From assembly GCA_946497035.1 (NCBI GenBank), contig CAMMIW010000006.1, positions 8,786-32,785 of the forward strand: 24,000 bases of DNA, written 5' to 3'. This DNA is from an uncultured Eubacteriaceae bacterium. GTDB lineage: Bacteria > Bacillota > Clostridia > Lachnospirales > CAG-274. Of this stretch, positions 1 through 8,386 are shown one piece after another. The notes beneath the pieces were generated by a model that was not told the DNA's origin, did no database searches, and worked only from the letters and a program-made list of their open reading frames with translations. A program made the position numbers and the translations under genes. Numbering within the stretch: the first letter of the stretch is position 1; each line of letters begins with the position of its first letter.

Positions 1-1
1 A

Positions 2-664
2 GAAGAAAGAGCTAACGGCCAACCTATAGATGATGCGGCTATACAAGGTGTTAAAATTGGTATGATGGGACCTTTAGCCGGTGTTGGTGATCCTGTTTTC
101 TGGTTTACAGTTCGACCTATGTTAGGTGCTCTAGGTGCTAGTTTAGCTTTAGCAGGTAATATATTAGGGCCTATTATATTTTTTGTAGTTTGGAATTTAT
201 TAAGATGGGGCTTTATGGTATATACACAAGAATTTGGATATCGTGCTGGCTCTCAAATAGCAGATGATTTATCTGGTGGTATTTTACAAAAAGTTACTAA
301 AGTTGCATCTATACTTGGTATGTTTGTTCTTGGAGCGTTAGTTCAAAGATGGGTATCTATAAACTTTAAGCCTATCGTATCTAAGGTAGAGCTATCTCCT
401 GGTGCATATATAGATTGGGAGAGCTTACCTGCTGGATCTGAAGGTATAAGAATGGCTATAGAGCAATTTAACTCTGGCTTAGCTTTATCTAATATAAAAG
501 TAACAACTTTACAAGAAAACTTAGATAGCTTAATACCTGGGTTAACAGCATTATTATTAACTTTATTATGCTGTAGATTGTTAAAGAAAAAAGTATCTCC
601 ATTATTAATAATCATTTCGTTATTTATTTTAGGTATTTTAGCTCACGTGGTAGGTATACTTTAA
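2..664 (+). CDS. manZ: PTS mannose/fructose/sorbose-family subunit IID, 5'-truncated by the window edge
   Basis: The frame is open from base 2 (EERANGQPIDDAAIQGVKIGMMGPLAGVGDPVFWFTVRP...) to the TAA at 662-664. The GPLAGxGD motif and hydrophobic C-terminus (..KKKVSPLLIIISLFILGILAHVVGIL) are typical of EIID-Man. It is followed by DUF956/manO, as in Firmicute man operons. Confidence 0.85.
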   Translation, partial: EERANGQPIDDAAIQGVKIGMMGPLAGVGDPVFWFTVRPMLGALGASLALAGNILGPIIFFVVWNLLRWGFMVYTQEFGYRAGSQIADDLSGGILQKVTKVASILGMFVLGALVQRWVSINFKPIVSKVELSPGAYIDWESLPAGSEGIRMAIEQFNSGLALSNIKVTTLQENLDSLIPGLTALLLTLLCCRLLKKKVSPLLIIISLFILGILAHVVGIL

Positions 665-685
665 TTTTTATACTATGGAGGCTCT

Positions 686-1042
686 ATGATACAATCTTTA
701 AACTCAAAAGTAGATTTTGTAGTAGATGCTACATATTACAACACCTTTCATAGCTATGGTAAAATTATGATAGGTAATGAAAGCTTTGAATTTTACAATA
801 ATTTTAACCCTAAAAAATGTATACAAATTAAATGGGAAAATATAGATAAAATTATTGCTACAGTTAAATTTAAAGGAAAATGGATACCTAGATTTTCTAT
901 TATTACAAAAGATAATAATGTATATTATTTCTCTTGTAAACAACCTTTGCAACTTTTAAAAATTATGAGAAATTATATAGATTCTGAAAAAATGACTCGT
1001 TCTCTAACTATTTTTGATAGTATAAAAAGAAAATTTAAGTAA
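686..1042 (+). CDS. manO: DUF956 family protein (ManO-like, PTS-man operon accessory protein)
   Basis: 118 aa. MIQSLNSKVDFVVDATYY..YGKIMIGNESFEFYN...IKWENIDKIIATVKFKGKWIPRFSIITKDN matches my recollection of the DUF956 family encoded directly after manZ. A TGGAGG RBS lies upstream of the ATG. Confidence 0.75.
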   Translation: MIQSLNSKVDFVVDATYYNTFHSYGKIMIGNESFEFYNNFNPKKCIQIKWENIDKIIATVKFKGKWIPRFSIITKDNNVYYFSCKQPLQLLKIMRNYIDSEKMTRSLTIFDSIKRKFK

Positions 1043-1046
1043 ATTT

Positions 1047-1079
1047 AAAGGTAGGTTTTATTAGCCTACCTTTAATTTT
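1047..1079 (+). terminator. Rho-independent terminator of the PTS-man operon
   Basis: The 9-bp stem AAAGGTAGG (1047-1055) pairs with CCTACCTTT (1065-1073) across a 9-nt loop, followed by AATTTT. Confidence 0.7.
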
Positions 1080-1103
1080 GATCTTTTTAAATGATAGCAT
1101 ATA

Positions 1104-1112
1104 TGTTATAAT
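1104..1112 (+). promoter_or_regulatory. Extended -10 element (TGTTATAAT), putative sigma-A promoter for the YesL-like gene
   Basis: TGnTATAAT lies about 30 nt upstream of the AGGAGG RBS and ATG at 1142. The -35 region is poor (TTTTTA). Confidence 0.4.
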
Positions 1113-1141
1113 ATATATAATTTAATATTTAGGAGGTAAAA

Positions 1142-1783
1142 ATGAATAGCTTTTTTGATTTAGATAACCCTGCTTGGCGATTTATTAGCAAATTTTTTGA
1201 TGCCTGTTTTTTAAGCGTTATATATCTTATATTTTGTATTCCTATATTTACAATAGGTGCTGCTAATTCTGCTTTATATTATGTATTTTTAAAACTTGCA
1301 AAAGATGAAGAAGGCTACCTTATTAGAGATTTTATAAAAGCTTTTAAGCAAAATTTTAAACAAGGTACAATAGTTGGTATTTTTTTAACTTTTGTTGGTA
1401 TCATTTTAATTGTAGATATTTATTGGTTTCGTGCTAGAGCTAATATTTTAGGCAGCCAAAAAGACTATTTTATGTATTATATATTTTGGGTAATATTTTT
1501 GGTTTATTCTGTTATATATTTATATATATTCCCATTAATAGCCAAATTTGAAAATAGTACAAAAAATATGTTTAAATTTTCTTTTATAATGTCTATTAAA
1601 CATTTAGGCTGGACTACATTAATGGTTATATTAGGTATAGTAATTATATTATCTGCCTCTCGTATTCCACCTATATTAATTTTTATCCCAGGTATTTTAG
1701 CATTTTTTAACTCTTACATCTTTAATCATATTTTTGATATTTACATAAGAAAAATGGAAGAAAATAAAAAAATTGAAGATTAA
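1142..1783 (+). CDS. YesL/DUF624-family integral membrane protein
   Basis: 213 aa with an AGGAGGTAAAA-ATG start. The N-terminus (FFDLDNPAWRFISKFFDACFLSVIYLIFCIPIFTIGAANSALYYV) and multiple TM helices resemble DUF624 (YesL) proteins. Confidence 0.65.
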   Translation: MNSFFDLDNPAWRFISKFFDACFLSVIYLIFCIPIFTIGAANSALYYVFLKLAKDEEGYLIRDFIKAFKQNFKQGTIVGIFLTFVGIILIVDIYWFRARANILGSQKDYFMYYIFWVIFLVYSVIYLYIFPLIAKFENSTKNMFKFSFIMSIKHLGWTTLMVILGIVIILSASRIPPILIFIPGILAFFNSYIFNHIFDIYIRKMEENKKIED

Positions 1784-1873
1784 CAATAATCATATAATGG
1801 CACATACCATCTACTTTGATAAAACTTTCTTCTTATAAATTTAATATTAGTCCAATATTTATTATTATACAAA

Positions 1874-1914
1874 TTGTAAAAGGCTAAAACTTTTTAAGCT
1901 TTAGCCTTTTACAA
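1874..1914. terminator. Hairpin between convergent genes (bidirectional terminator candidate), overlapping the ALDH stop codon
   Basis: TTGTAAAAGGCTAAA (1874-1888) pairs with TTTAGCCTTTTACAA (1900-1914) as a 15-bp stem with an 11-nt loop. The right arm encodes the last ALDH codons (KFVKG-stop). T/A-rich flanks lie on both sides. Confidence 0.6.
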
Positions 1915-3274
1915 ATTTTAATAATTTTTTTAGTTTTGCTATATCTCCATTATTTTCATATCTAACTTCCATATCAAACATATTTGTACCTTTTAAAACA
2001 CCTTTTCTATGTGAAAATAATTCATAGCTATACTCTCCATGATATGCACCTAAACCACTCGTACCTCTACCACCAAAAGGTATATAATGATTAGTAACTT
2101 GTAAAATTGTATCATTTATACAAGCATTACCACAAGGTATATTTTTCATTAAACTATTAATAAATTTTGCATCTTTTGAAAATATATACATAGCTAATGG
2201 ATTTTTATTATATTCCACTATATTATATATATTTTCTATATTATCGTAAGCTATTATAGGCATTATAGGTGCAAATATTTCTTCTTTCATAATCAAATCT
2301 GTCATAGAAACATTTGTTACATATGTTGGCTCTATTTTTAAGCTTTCCGAATTATGTTTTCCACCGTGTATTATTTCTACATTATCTATTAAATTTAAAA
2401 CTCTATTAAAATTTTTATAATTTATTATTCTAGGATAATTTTCATTATTTAGTGGCTCTTTACCCCAAAATTGTTCTGTATAAAAAATAATTTTTTCTAT
2501 TAATTTATCTTTTATTTTTCTATCAACTAATAAATAATCTGGTGCTATACAAGTTTGACCTGCATTTAATGTTTTACCCCAAACTATACGTTTAGCAGCC
2601 TTATCTATATCTACGTTTTTATCCACAATACAAGGGCTTTTTCCACCTAGCTCTAAAGCTACTGGTGTAAGACTTTCACTGGCCTTTCTCATTATTATTT
2701 TACCTACATTTGTGCTACCTGTAAAAAATATAAAATCTACTTCGCTATCTATTATATTTTCTACAACATCTGCCTCTCCTAAAACAACTTGACAATATTC
2801 ACTTTTAAAAGCTTCATCTATTATTTTCTTTAATATGTTAGAGGTATGAATAGAATATTCTGAAGGTTTTAAAATACTACAATTACCCGCTGCTATAGCT
2901 CCTAAAAGAGGAGATATAGCTAATAAAAAAGGATAATTCCAAGGAGATATAATAAGACAAACACCATAAGGCTCTTTCATTTCATAGCTTTTATAACCAA
3001 AAAACATACCTGGTGTTTTTTTCTTTTTAGTTTTTGATAATTTTTTTATATGTTTTACAAAATAATCTATTTCATGTAAAACAGGCAATATTTCTGCCGA
3101 ATAAGTAACATATTTAGATCTGCTCAAGTCTTTTTCTAAAGCCAATAATATTTCATCTTCATATTTTAATATTGTATTTTTTAAAGATTTAAGCATCTCT
3201 ATTTTAAAATCTAAATTTTTTGTTATATTTGTTTTAAAAAAATCTCTTTTATTTTCTACTATATTTTTATACAT
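1901..3274 (-). CDS. NAD(P)+-dependent aldehyde dehydrogenase, class-3-like
   Basis: It has the catalytic-Glu motif LELGGKSP and the catalytic-Cys motif NAGQTCIAPDY, plus FTGSTNVGK and PFGGRGTSG. The likely start is the ATG at 3274 (MYKNIVENKRDFF). The ORF track begins at a GTG at 3283. It overlaps the MATE stop. Confidence 0.85.
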   Translation of the reverse strand: MYKNIVENKRDFFKTNITKNLDFKIEMLKSLKNTILKYEDEILLALEKDLSRSKYVTYSAEILPVLHEIDYFVKHIKKLSKTKKKKTPGMFFGYKSYEMKEPYGVCLIISPWNYPFLLAISPLLGAIAAGNCSILKPSEYSIHTSNILKKIIDEAFKSEYCQVVLGEADVVENIIDSEVDFIFFTGSTNVGKIIMRKASESLTPVALELGGKSPCIVDKNVDIDKAAKRIVWGKTLNAGQTCIAPDYLLVDRKIKDKLIEKIIFYTEQFWGKEPLNNENYPRIINYKNFNRVLNLIDNVEIIHGGKHNSESLKIEPTYVTNVSMTDLIMKEEIFAPIMPIIAYDNIENIYNIVEYNKNPLAMYIFSKDAKFINSLMKNIPCGNACINDTILQVTNHYIPFGGRGTSGLGAYHGEYSYELFSHRKGVLKGTNMFDMEVRYENNGDIAKLKKLLKFVKG

Positions 3275-4634
3275 TTTTAACACACTCTTTATCTATAAAG
3301 TTTTTTTCTAAATTTTTTAATCTAACAAAATATGCAGGTACAACTATTAAAGCACCACCTAACCAAGCAGCAGGACAAGCAAGGCTTATAGCTAAATATC
3401 CTAAAACAGATACAAAACCAATAGCTACAACAACTCTACCTACAAGCTCTATTATACTAGCTGCCATTGGAAAAACAACATCTCCCATACCTTGTATAGA
3501 GCTTCTATAAAGAATTAATAACATAAGCGGTATAAAAAAAGAACAAGCCCAAAATAAATATAACTGAACATTTTGTACAACCGCCGATTTATCTGCACCA
3601 TCAGATATAAATAAATTTATAAGAGGCACATTAAATAAATATATTATGCCACTACATAATAAACATAAAGCTATACCTATTATTGTCATTTTTTTCATAC
3701 CTTCTTTTATTCTATCTATACAGCCTGCACCAAGATTTTGACCTGTATATGTAGTAGCTGCAATACCAAGAGTAGAAAAAGGTTGTATAGCTAGTTGCTC
3801 TATCCTACAACAAACAGTATAGCTTGCTACCGCTATTGTACCTAAGCTATTTACAGCACTTTGTAATAATATGCTACCTGTAGCTATTACCGAATATTGA
3901 AAAGCCATAGGACAACCTATTTTTAAAAGAAGATTAGCAGATTTTTGTTTATATATAAAGTCTACTTTTTCCATTTTTAATATTTCAAACTTTTTATGCA
4001 TATAAAAAACACATAATAAAGCAGATATACCTTGAGAAATAACTGTAGCAAAGGCTGCTCCTGCAACCCCCATATTAAATGTTAATATAAATAATAAATC
4101 TAATACAATATTTAAAAATGAAGCTAAAATAAGAAAATATAAAGGAGTTTTACTATCTCCTAAAGCTCTTAATATGCTAGCTGTCATATTGTAAGCCATA
4201 TTTGTAAATAAACCTAACAATATTATTATCATATAATTATAAGCATAATTATATATATCTTGTGGAGTTTTTGTTAAAGTTAATAATGGAGCTAAAGATA
4301 ATGAAGATAATATAGTTAAGATAATAGCTACACCTGTTGTAAGATATATGCTCATAGCTACAAAATGTCTTACCCTTTTTTCATCATTAGCACCAAACCC
4401 TTGTGCTATAGGCACGGCAAAACCACTTGTCATACCCATTGCAAAACCTAATATAAAAAAATTTATGGCACCTGTTGAGCCAACACCTGCTAAAGCTTGT
4501 GTTCCAACATATTTGCCTACAATAATAGTATCTACCATACTATATAGTTGCTGAAATATATTACCTATAAGAAGAGGTATAATAAATTTTATAACAAGTT
4601 TAGTAGGGCTACCTACCGTCATATCATTAGTCAT
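3267..4634 (-). CDS. MATE family efflux transporter
   Basis: 455 aa with about 12 TM helices. The N-terminus (PTKLVIKFIIPLLIGNIFQQLYSMVDTIIVGKYVGTQALAGVG) is the typical MatE signature. A GAGGAG RBS sits inside the 3' end of the upstream HAD gene. Confidence 0.9.
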   Translation of the reverse strand: MTNDMTVGSPTKLVIKFIIPLLIGNIFQQLYSMVDTIIVGKYVGTQALAGVGSTGAINFFILGFAMGMTSGFAVPIAQGFGANDEKRVRHFVAMSIYLTTGVAIILTILSSLSLAPLLTLTKTPQDIYNYAYNYMIIILLGLFTNMAYNMTASILRALGDSKTPLYFLILASFLNIVLDLLFILTFNMGVAGAAFATVISQGISALLCVFYMHKKFEILKMEKVDFIYKQKSANLLLKIGCPMAFQYSVIATGSILLQSAVNSLGTIAVASYTVCCRIEQLAIQPFSTLGIAATTYTGQNLGAGCIDRIKEGMKKMTIIGIALCLLCSGIIYLFNVPLINLFISDGADKSAVVQNVQLYLFWACSFFIPLMLLILYRSSIQGMGDVVFPMAASIIELVGRVVVAIGFVSVLGYLAISLACPAAWLGGALIVVPAYFVRLKNLEKNFIDKECVKNV

Positions 4635-4637
4635 AAT

Positions 4638-5432
4638 TTACTCCTCACCAAAAAATTTATTATATAATTCGTTTAAAGTTTTTATTACATTTTTACAAGT
4701 GTAATTTGCAACTTTTTTAACATCTTCGTGTGCATCTTCCATAGCATAGCTATATTTTGCATCTGAAAGCATCTCTATATCGTTAAAATTATCTCCAAAA
4801 GCAACTGTTTCTTCACTAGTAACATTTATAGTATTTTGTAATAGCTTTATAGCATTACCCTTATGTGTATTAATATTCATAAAATCATACCAAGTATGAC
4901 CAGAAACGGTATGTTGAAATTTATCACCAAAATCTTCTATAAAATAGTTTATAAGCTCCTCATTTAAGCCATTTTCATAAAATAAAGATACTTTAACTAT
5001 GTCTTGATCTATTTCATCAAAAGATTTTATAACAGTAATATGATTTTGAACCTCATTACCTACCAGCTTATGAAAATCTTCACATTTTGGCATAACATAG
5101 GTAGTATTTTCACCACATATAAATAGCTCTACATTTTCTTTATCTAATATTTTTTGAGATAAGCTTAAAGCTAATTTATAATCTATAGCAGATTTATAAA
5201 GCATTTTATCCTTATATAAAATAATAGCACCATTTTCTGCTATATAGCCTATTTTATCTTTAACAGGCTCAAATATTTTTTGTAAATTGTAAAGCTGGCG
5301 GCCACTTGTAGCAAAAAATAATACTCCCTTTTCATAAAATTTTTCTATTATGTCAAACAATTCTGGCTCTATTGGATCTGCATAATTTTTAAGAAGTGTT
5401 CCATCTATATCACAAGTAATAAGCTTTATCAT
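4638..5432 (-). CDS. Cof-type HAD-IIB family phosphatase
   Basis: It has HAD motif I DIDGTLL at the N-terminus (MIKLITCDIDGTLL), a TSGR motif, and a C-terminal GDNFNDIEM motif. An AAGGAG RBS is present. Confidence 0.85.
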   Translation of the reverse strand: MIKLITCDIDGTLLKNYADPIEPELFDIIEKFYEKGVLFFATSGRQLYNLQKIFEPVKDKIGYIAENGAIILYKDKMLYKSAIDYKLALSLSQKILDKENVELFICGENTTYVMPKCEDFHKLVGNEVQNHITVIKSFDEIDQDIVKVSLFYENGLNEELINYFIEDFGDKFQHTVSGHTWYDFMNINTHKGNAIKLLQNTINVTSEETVAFGDNFNDIEMLSDAKYSYAMEDAHEDVKKVANYTCKNVIKTLNELYNKFFGEE

Positions 5433-5449
5433 TTTTATCTCCTTTAAAA

Positions 5450-5920
5450 CTAAAGTGTTTTTGCACGATTTTCTATATTTTTATTAAAATTTAAAACTTT
5501 ATGGTCATAATCTTCATTCATAAATTTTGATGTTATCATAAAATCTGCCGAAGACTTATTATTAGCAATAGGTATGTCATAAACTTGTGCTATACGAAGA
5601 AGAGCCTTAACATCTGGATCATGTGGTTGAGCCGTTAAAGGATCTGAGAAAAATACGATAAAATCTATAACACCTTCTACTATTTTAGCCCCTATTTGTT
5701 GATCTCCTCCCAAAGGCCCACTATTAAAGCCTTTCACTTTAAGCCCTGTATTATCTGTTATAATCCTAGATGTTGTACCTGTTCCATAAAGTTTATGGTT
5801 TTGTAATATATCTTTATATTTTTTGCACCAATCTATAAGCTCTCTTTTTTTATTATCATGAGCTATAAGAGCTATATTTTTTTGTTTTTTTATAGTTAAT
5901 GTAACATATTCATCTATCAT
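5450..5920 (-). CDS. mgsA: Methylglyoxal synthase
   Basis: IALIAHDNKK...LYGTGTTSRII...GPLGGDQQIGAKIVEG.IDFIVFFSDPLTAQPHDPDVKALLRIAQVYDIPIANN is the canonical MgsA core. I moved the start to the ATG at 5920, which has 6-7 nt spacing from the AGGAGGG RBS. The ATG at 5926 abuts the RBS. Confidence 0.9.
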   Translation of the reverse strand: MIDEYVTLTIKKQKNIALIAHDNKKRELIDWCKKYKDILQNHKLYGTGTTSRIITDNTGLKVKGFNSGPLGGDQQIGAKIVEGVIDFIVFFSDPLTAQPHDPDVKALLRIAQVYDIPIANNKSSADFMITSKFMNEDYDHKVLNFNKNIENRAKTL

Positions 5921-5962
5921 AGCCATCCCTCCTATTTATATGTATTAACCCAACTTAGCTTT

Positions 5963-5991
5963 ATATTACTATATATTTTTATAAAAATCAA
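5963..5991 (-). promoter_or_regulatory. Putative sigma-A promoter of the mgsA operon
   Basis: On the minus strand: TTGATT (5991-5986), a 17-nt spacer, then TAATAT (5968-5963), about 40 nt upstream of the mgsA RBS. Confidence 0.5.
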
Positions 5992-5997
5992 TATATT

Positions 5998-6036
5998 TTT
6001 ATAAGGCTATAAACATATAGTTTATAGCCTTATAAA
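5998..6036 (-). terminator. Perfect 17-bp hairpin, candidate distal terminator of the opp operon
   Basis: TTTATAAGGCTATAAAC (5998-6014) pairs with GTTTATAGCCTTATAAA (6020-6036) across a 5-nt loop. No clean U-tract follows on either strand, so the terminator function is uncertain. Confidence 0.4.
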
Positions 6037-6058
6037 TAGTGGTTTTATAATATAAATC

Positions 6059-6147
6059 TGGCTTTTGGGGCAAAATATTAAGGGGGAGAAGATAAAAATA
6101 TTAAATATATTTTAATATTTTTATCTCATATTTATGCCCCAAAGCCA
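6059..6147. repeat. 89-nt nested imperfect inverted repeat (long hairpin / MITE-like element) downstream of oppF
   Basis: The outer arms are TGGCTTTTGGGGCA (6059-6072) and TGCCCCAAAGCCA (6135-6147), with one bulged T. The middle pairing is AAATAT/ATATTT. A perfect inner 15-bp stem, GATAAAAATATTAAA (6091-6105) with 6111-6125, closes a 5-nt loop. There is an asymmetric internal loop, TAAGGGGGAGAA (6079-6090) opposite 2 nt. Confidence 0.6.
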
Positions 6148-6251
6148 AACTTTTATAAGAAAAAGACAATATAATAAATTTTAAGGTAACCTTACTAAAA
6201 GGAATAGTAAACTAGATTATCCTTTTCTTTTTATTTATATCCCAATCAAAA

Positions 6252-7235
6252 CTAACTTTGAGAATATAAGTGGCAAGCTGTATAATGGCCATTGCCATAA
6301 TCTTTCCAAACAGGAGCTTCTTCTTTACAAACATCCATACATTTAGGACATCTCGTATGAAATTTACAACCTTTTGGAGGATTAGAAGCAGAAGGTATAT
6401 CACCTTCTAATATTATTCTATTCATCTTTTTGTCTGGATCTGGTATAGGAACAGCACTAAGCAAAGCCTCTGTATAAGGGTGTTTTGGATTGCTAAAAAT
6501 TTGCTCTTTTGTTGCTAGCTCTACTAGGCTACCTAAATACATAACACCTACCATATCTGCTAAATATTCTACAACAGATAAATCGTGAGATATAAAAAGA
6601 TATGTTAGTCCGTTTTTTGTTTGCAAATCTTTCATAAGATTTATAACTTGTGCCTGTATAGAAACATCAAGAGCAGAAACAGGCTCATCTGCTATAACTA
6701 GCTCTGGACGAAGGGCTAAAGCTCTAGCTATACAAATTCTTTGTCTTTGGCCGCCAGAAAATTCATGTGGGTATCTATCTATATAATATCTTCTAAGTCC
6801 ACATTCTTCCATAACTTGTAATATATAATCTTTAAGCCTATCTTTCTCTACAAGGTTATGCTCTCTAACTGCCTCTCCTATTATCTCTCCAACAGGCATA
6901 CGAGGATTTAATGATGAATAAGGATCTTGAAATATCATTTGTATTTTAGGCCTTAAAGCTTTTAAATCTTTTTTATTTAGAGCAAAAATATCTTTACCGT
7001 TTAAAAGAGCCTCTCCACTTGTTGGTTCTACAAGCCTTATTAAAGTTCTACCTATCGTTGTTTTTCCACAGCCAGATTCTCCAACAAGGCCAAAAGTTTG
7101 CCCTTTATTTATAGAAAAAGATACACCATCTACCGAACGAACTTGCCCTACCGTTTTTTGTAAAACTCCCGATTTTATAGGATAATGTTTTACAAGATTT
7201 TTAACCTCTAAAATAACTCTATCTTTATTATCCAT
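6252..7235 (-). CDS. oppF: Oligopeptide ABC transporter ATP-binding protein
   Basis: It has Walker A GESGCGKTT, the signature FSGGQRQR and Walker B LVIADEPVSALD. The C-terminal Cys-rich oligopeptide-ABC tail reads GCKFHTRCPKCMDVC. An AAAGGAGGG RBS is present. Confidence 0.9.
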   Translation of the reverse strand: MDNKDRVILEVKNLVKHYPIKSGVLQKTVGQVRSVDGVSFSINKGQTFGLVGESGCGKTTIGRTLIRLVEPTSGEALLNGKDIFALNKKDLKALRPKIQMIFQDPYSSLNPRMPVGEIIGEAVREHNLVEKDRLKDYILQVMEECGLRRYYIDRYPHEFSGGQRQRICIARALALRPELVIADEPVSALDVSIQAQVINLMKDLQTKNGLTYLFISHDLSVVEYLADMVGVMYLGSLVELATKEQIFSNPKHPYTEALLSAVPIPDPDKKMNRIILEGDIPSASNPPKGCKFHTRCPKCMDVCKEEAPVWKDYGNGHYTACHLYSQS

Positions 7236-7237
7236 TA

Positions 7238-8386
7238 TTAGCCCTCCTTTCTTTCGTTATATAGATGACAAGTAACTTTATGTGTATCGCTTATATTTGT
7301 TATATCTGGATAAGCTTTATCACAAATATCCATACAGCTCTCACATCTATTTTTAAAGAAACAACCAGAAGGCATATTGATAGGGTTAGGCACAGCACCA
7401 GGGATAGAATATAACCTATCTGTGCCCTCTTTTAAAACAGGTCGAGATTTTAAAAGCCCCTTCGTATAAGGGTGCTTAGGATTTTTAAATATTTCTTTAA
7501 CATCTCCTTTTTCTACAACACGCCCTGCATACATTATAACAACATAATCTGCCATTTCTGCCACAACACCTAAATCGTGTGTTATAAGCATAATAGATGC
7601 ATTTATTTTACTTTTTAAATCTCTAAGTAAATCTAATATTTGAGCTTGTATAGTAACATCTAAAGCAGTTGTAGGTTCATCTGCAACGATAAAGTTTGGA
7701 TCACAAGCTAAAGACATAGCTATAACAACTCTTTGACGCATACCTCCTGATAGCTCGTGAGGATAGCTTTTATATATTTCTTCTACACGAGATATACCAA
7801 CAGATTTTAAAAGCTCTAAAGTTCTTTTCTTTCTACCTTCTTTTGTTTCTTTTTCATCGTGATAATATATAACCTCTTCTATCTGTTCTCCTATTGTAAA
7901 AATAGGGTTTAAGCTAGTCATAGGTTCTTGAAATATCATAGATATTTCTCCGCCTCTTATTTTGCCGTGTATATTTTCTGGTATCTTAGCAAGATTTACC
8001 GTTTTTCCTAGCTGTCTGCTATTATACCTAATCTCCCCACCAGCAATTTGGCCGTGAGGGCCTGGCAAAAGCCCCATAATAGATAAACTAGTAACAGATT
8101 TACCACAACCAGATTCGCCAACAACACCAACTGTTTTACCAATAGGTATATCAAAAGACACTCCGTCTACTGATTTTACCGTACCTGCATCTGTATAAAA
8201 ATATGTTTTAAGGTTATCAAATTCTATTAAATTGTTATTATCTTTCATTTGTGTAACATATTCTTGCTCTGGTACATTTTTTCTATTTTTTCGCTTTTTA
8301 TATTCTTTAAATTTTTCTTTATTAAACTTTTTAATTTCTTTTTCTCTCAATTTTATTTCTTTTCTATTTAAAGCCATATCTTTCAC
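7238..8386 (-). CDS. oppD: Oligopeptide ABC transporter ATP-binding protein with a Lys-rich N-terminal extension
   Basis: It has Walker A GESGCGKS, the signature LSGGMRQR and Walker B FIVADEPTTALD, with a C-terminal GCFFKNRCESCMDIC. The start is either the GTG at 8386, directly abutting the oppC TAG, or the ATG at 8377 (AGGTGA RBS). See the finding on the extension. Confidence 0.9.
   Translation of the reverse strand: MKDMALNRKEIKLREKEIKKFNKEKFKEYKKRKNRKNVPEQEYVTQMKDNNNLIEFDNLKTYFYTDAGTVKSVDGVSFDIPIGKTVGVVGESGCGKSVTSLSIMGLLPGPHGQIAGGEIRYNSRQLGKTVNLAKIPENIHGKIRGGEISMIFQEPMTSLNPIFTIGEQIEEVIYYHDEKETKEGRKKRTLELLKSVGISRVEEIYKSYPHELSGGMRQRVVIAMSLACDPNFIVADEPTTALDVTIQAQILDLLRDLKSKINASIMLITHDLGVVAEMADYVVIMYAGRVVEKGDVKEIFKNPKHPYTKGLLKSRPVLKEGTDRLYSIPGAVPNPINMPSGCFFKNRCESCMDICDKAYPDITNISDTHKVTCHLYNERKEG

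Noticed and set aside
6080-6115. Strong RBS-like AAGGGGGAG inside the long hairpin, suggesting a hidden small ORF
   Set aside because: No ATG, GTG or TTG lies at a suitable distance downstream, and TAA stops follow within a few codons. On the minus strand it reads CTCCCCCTT. It is better explained as the bulge of the hairpin.
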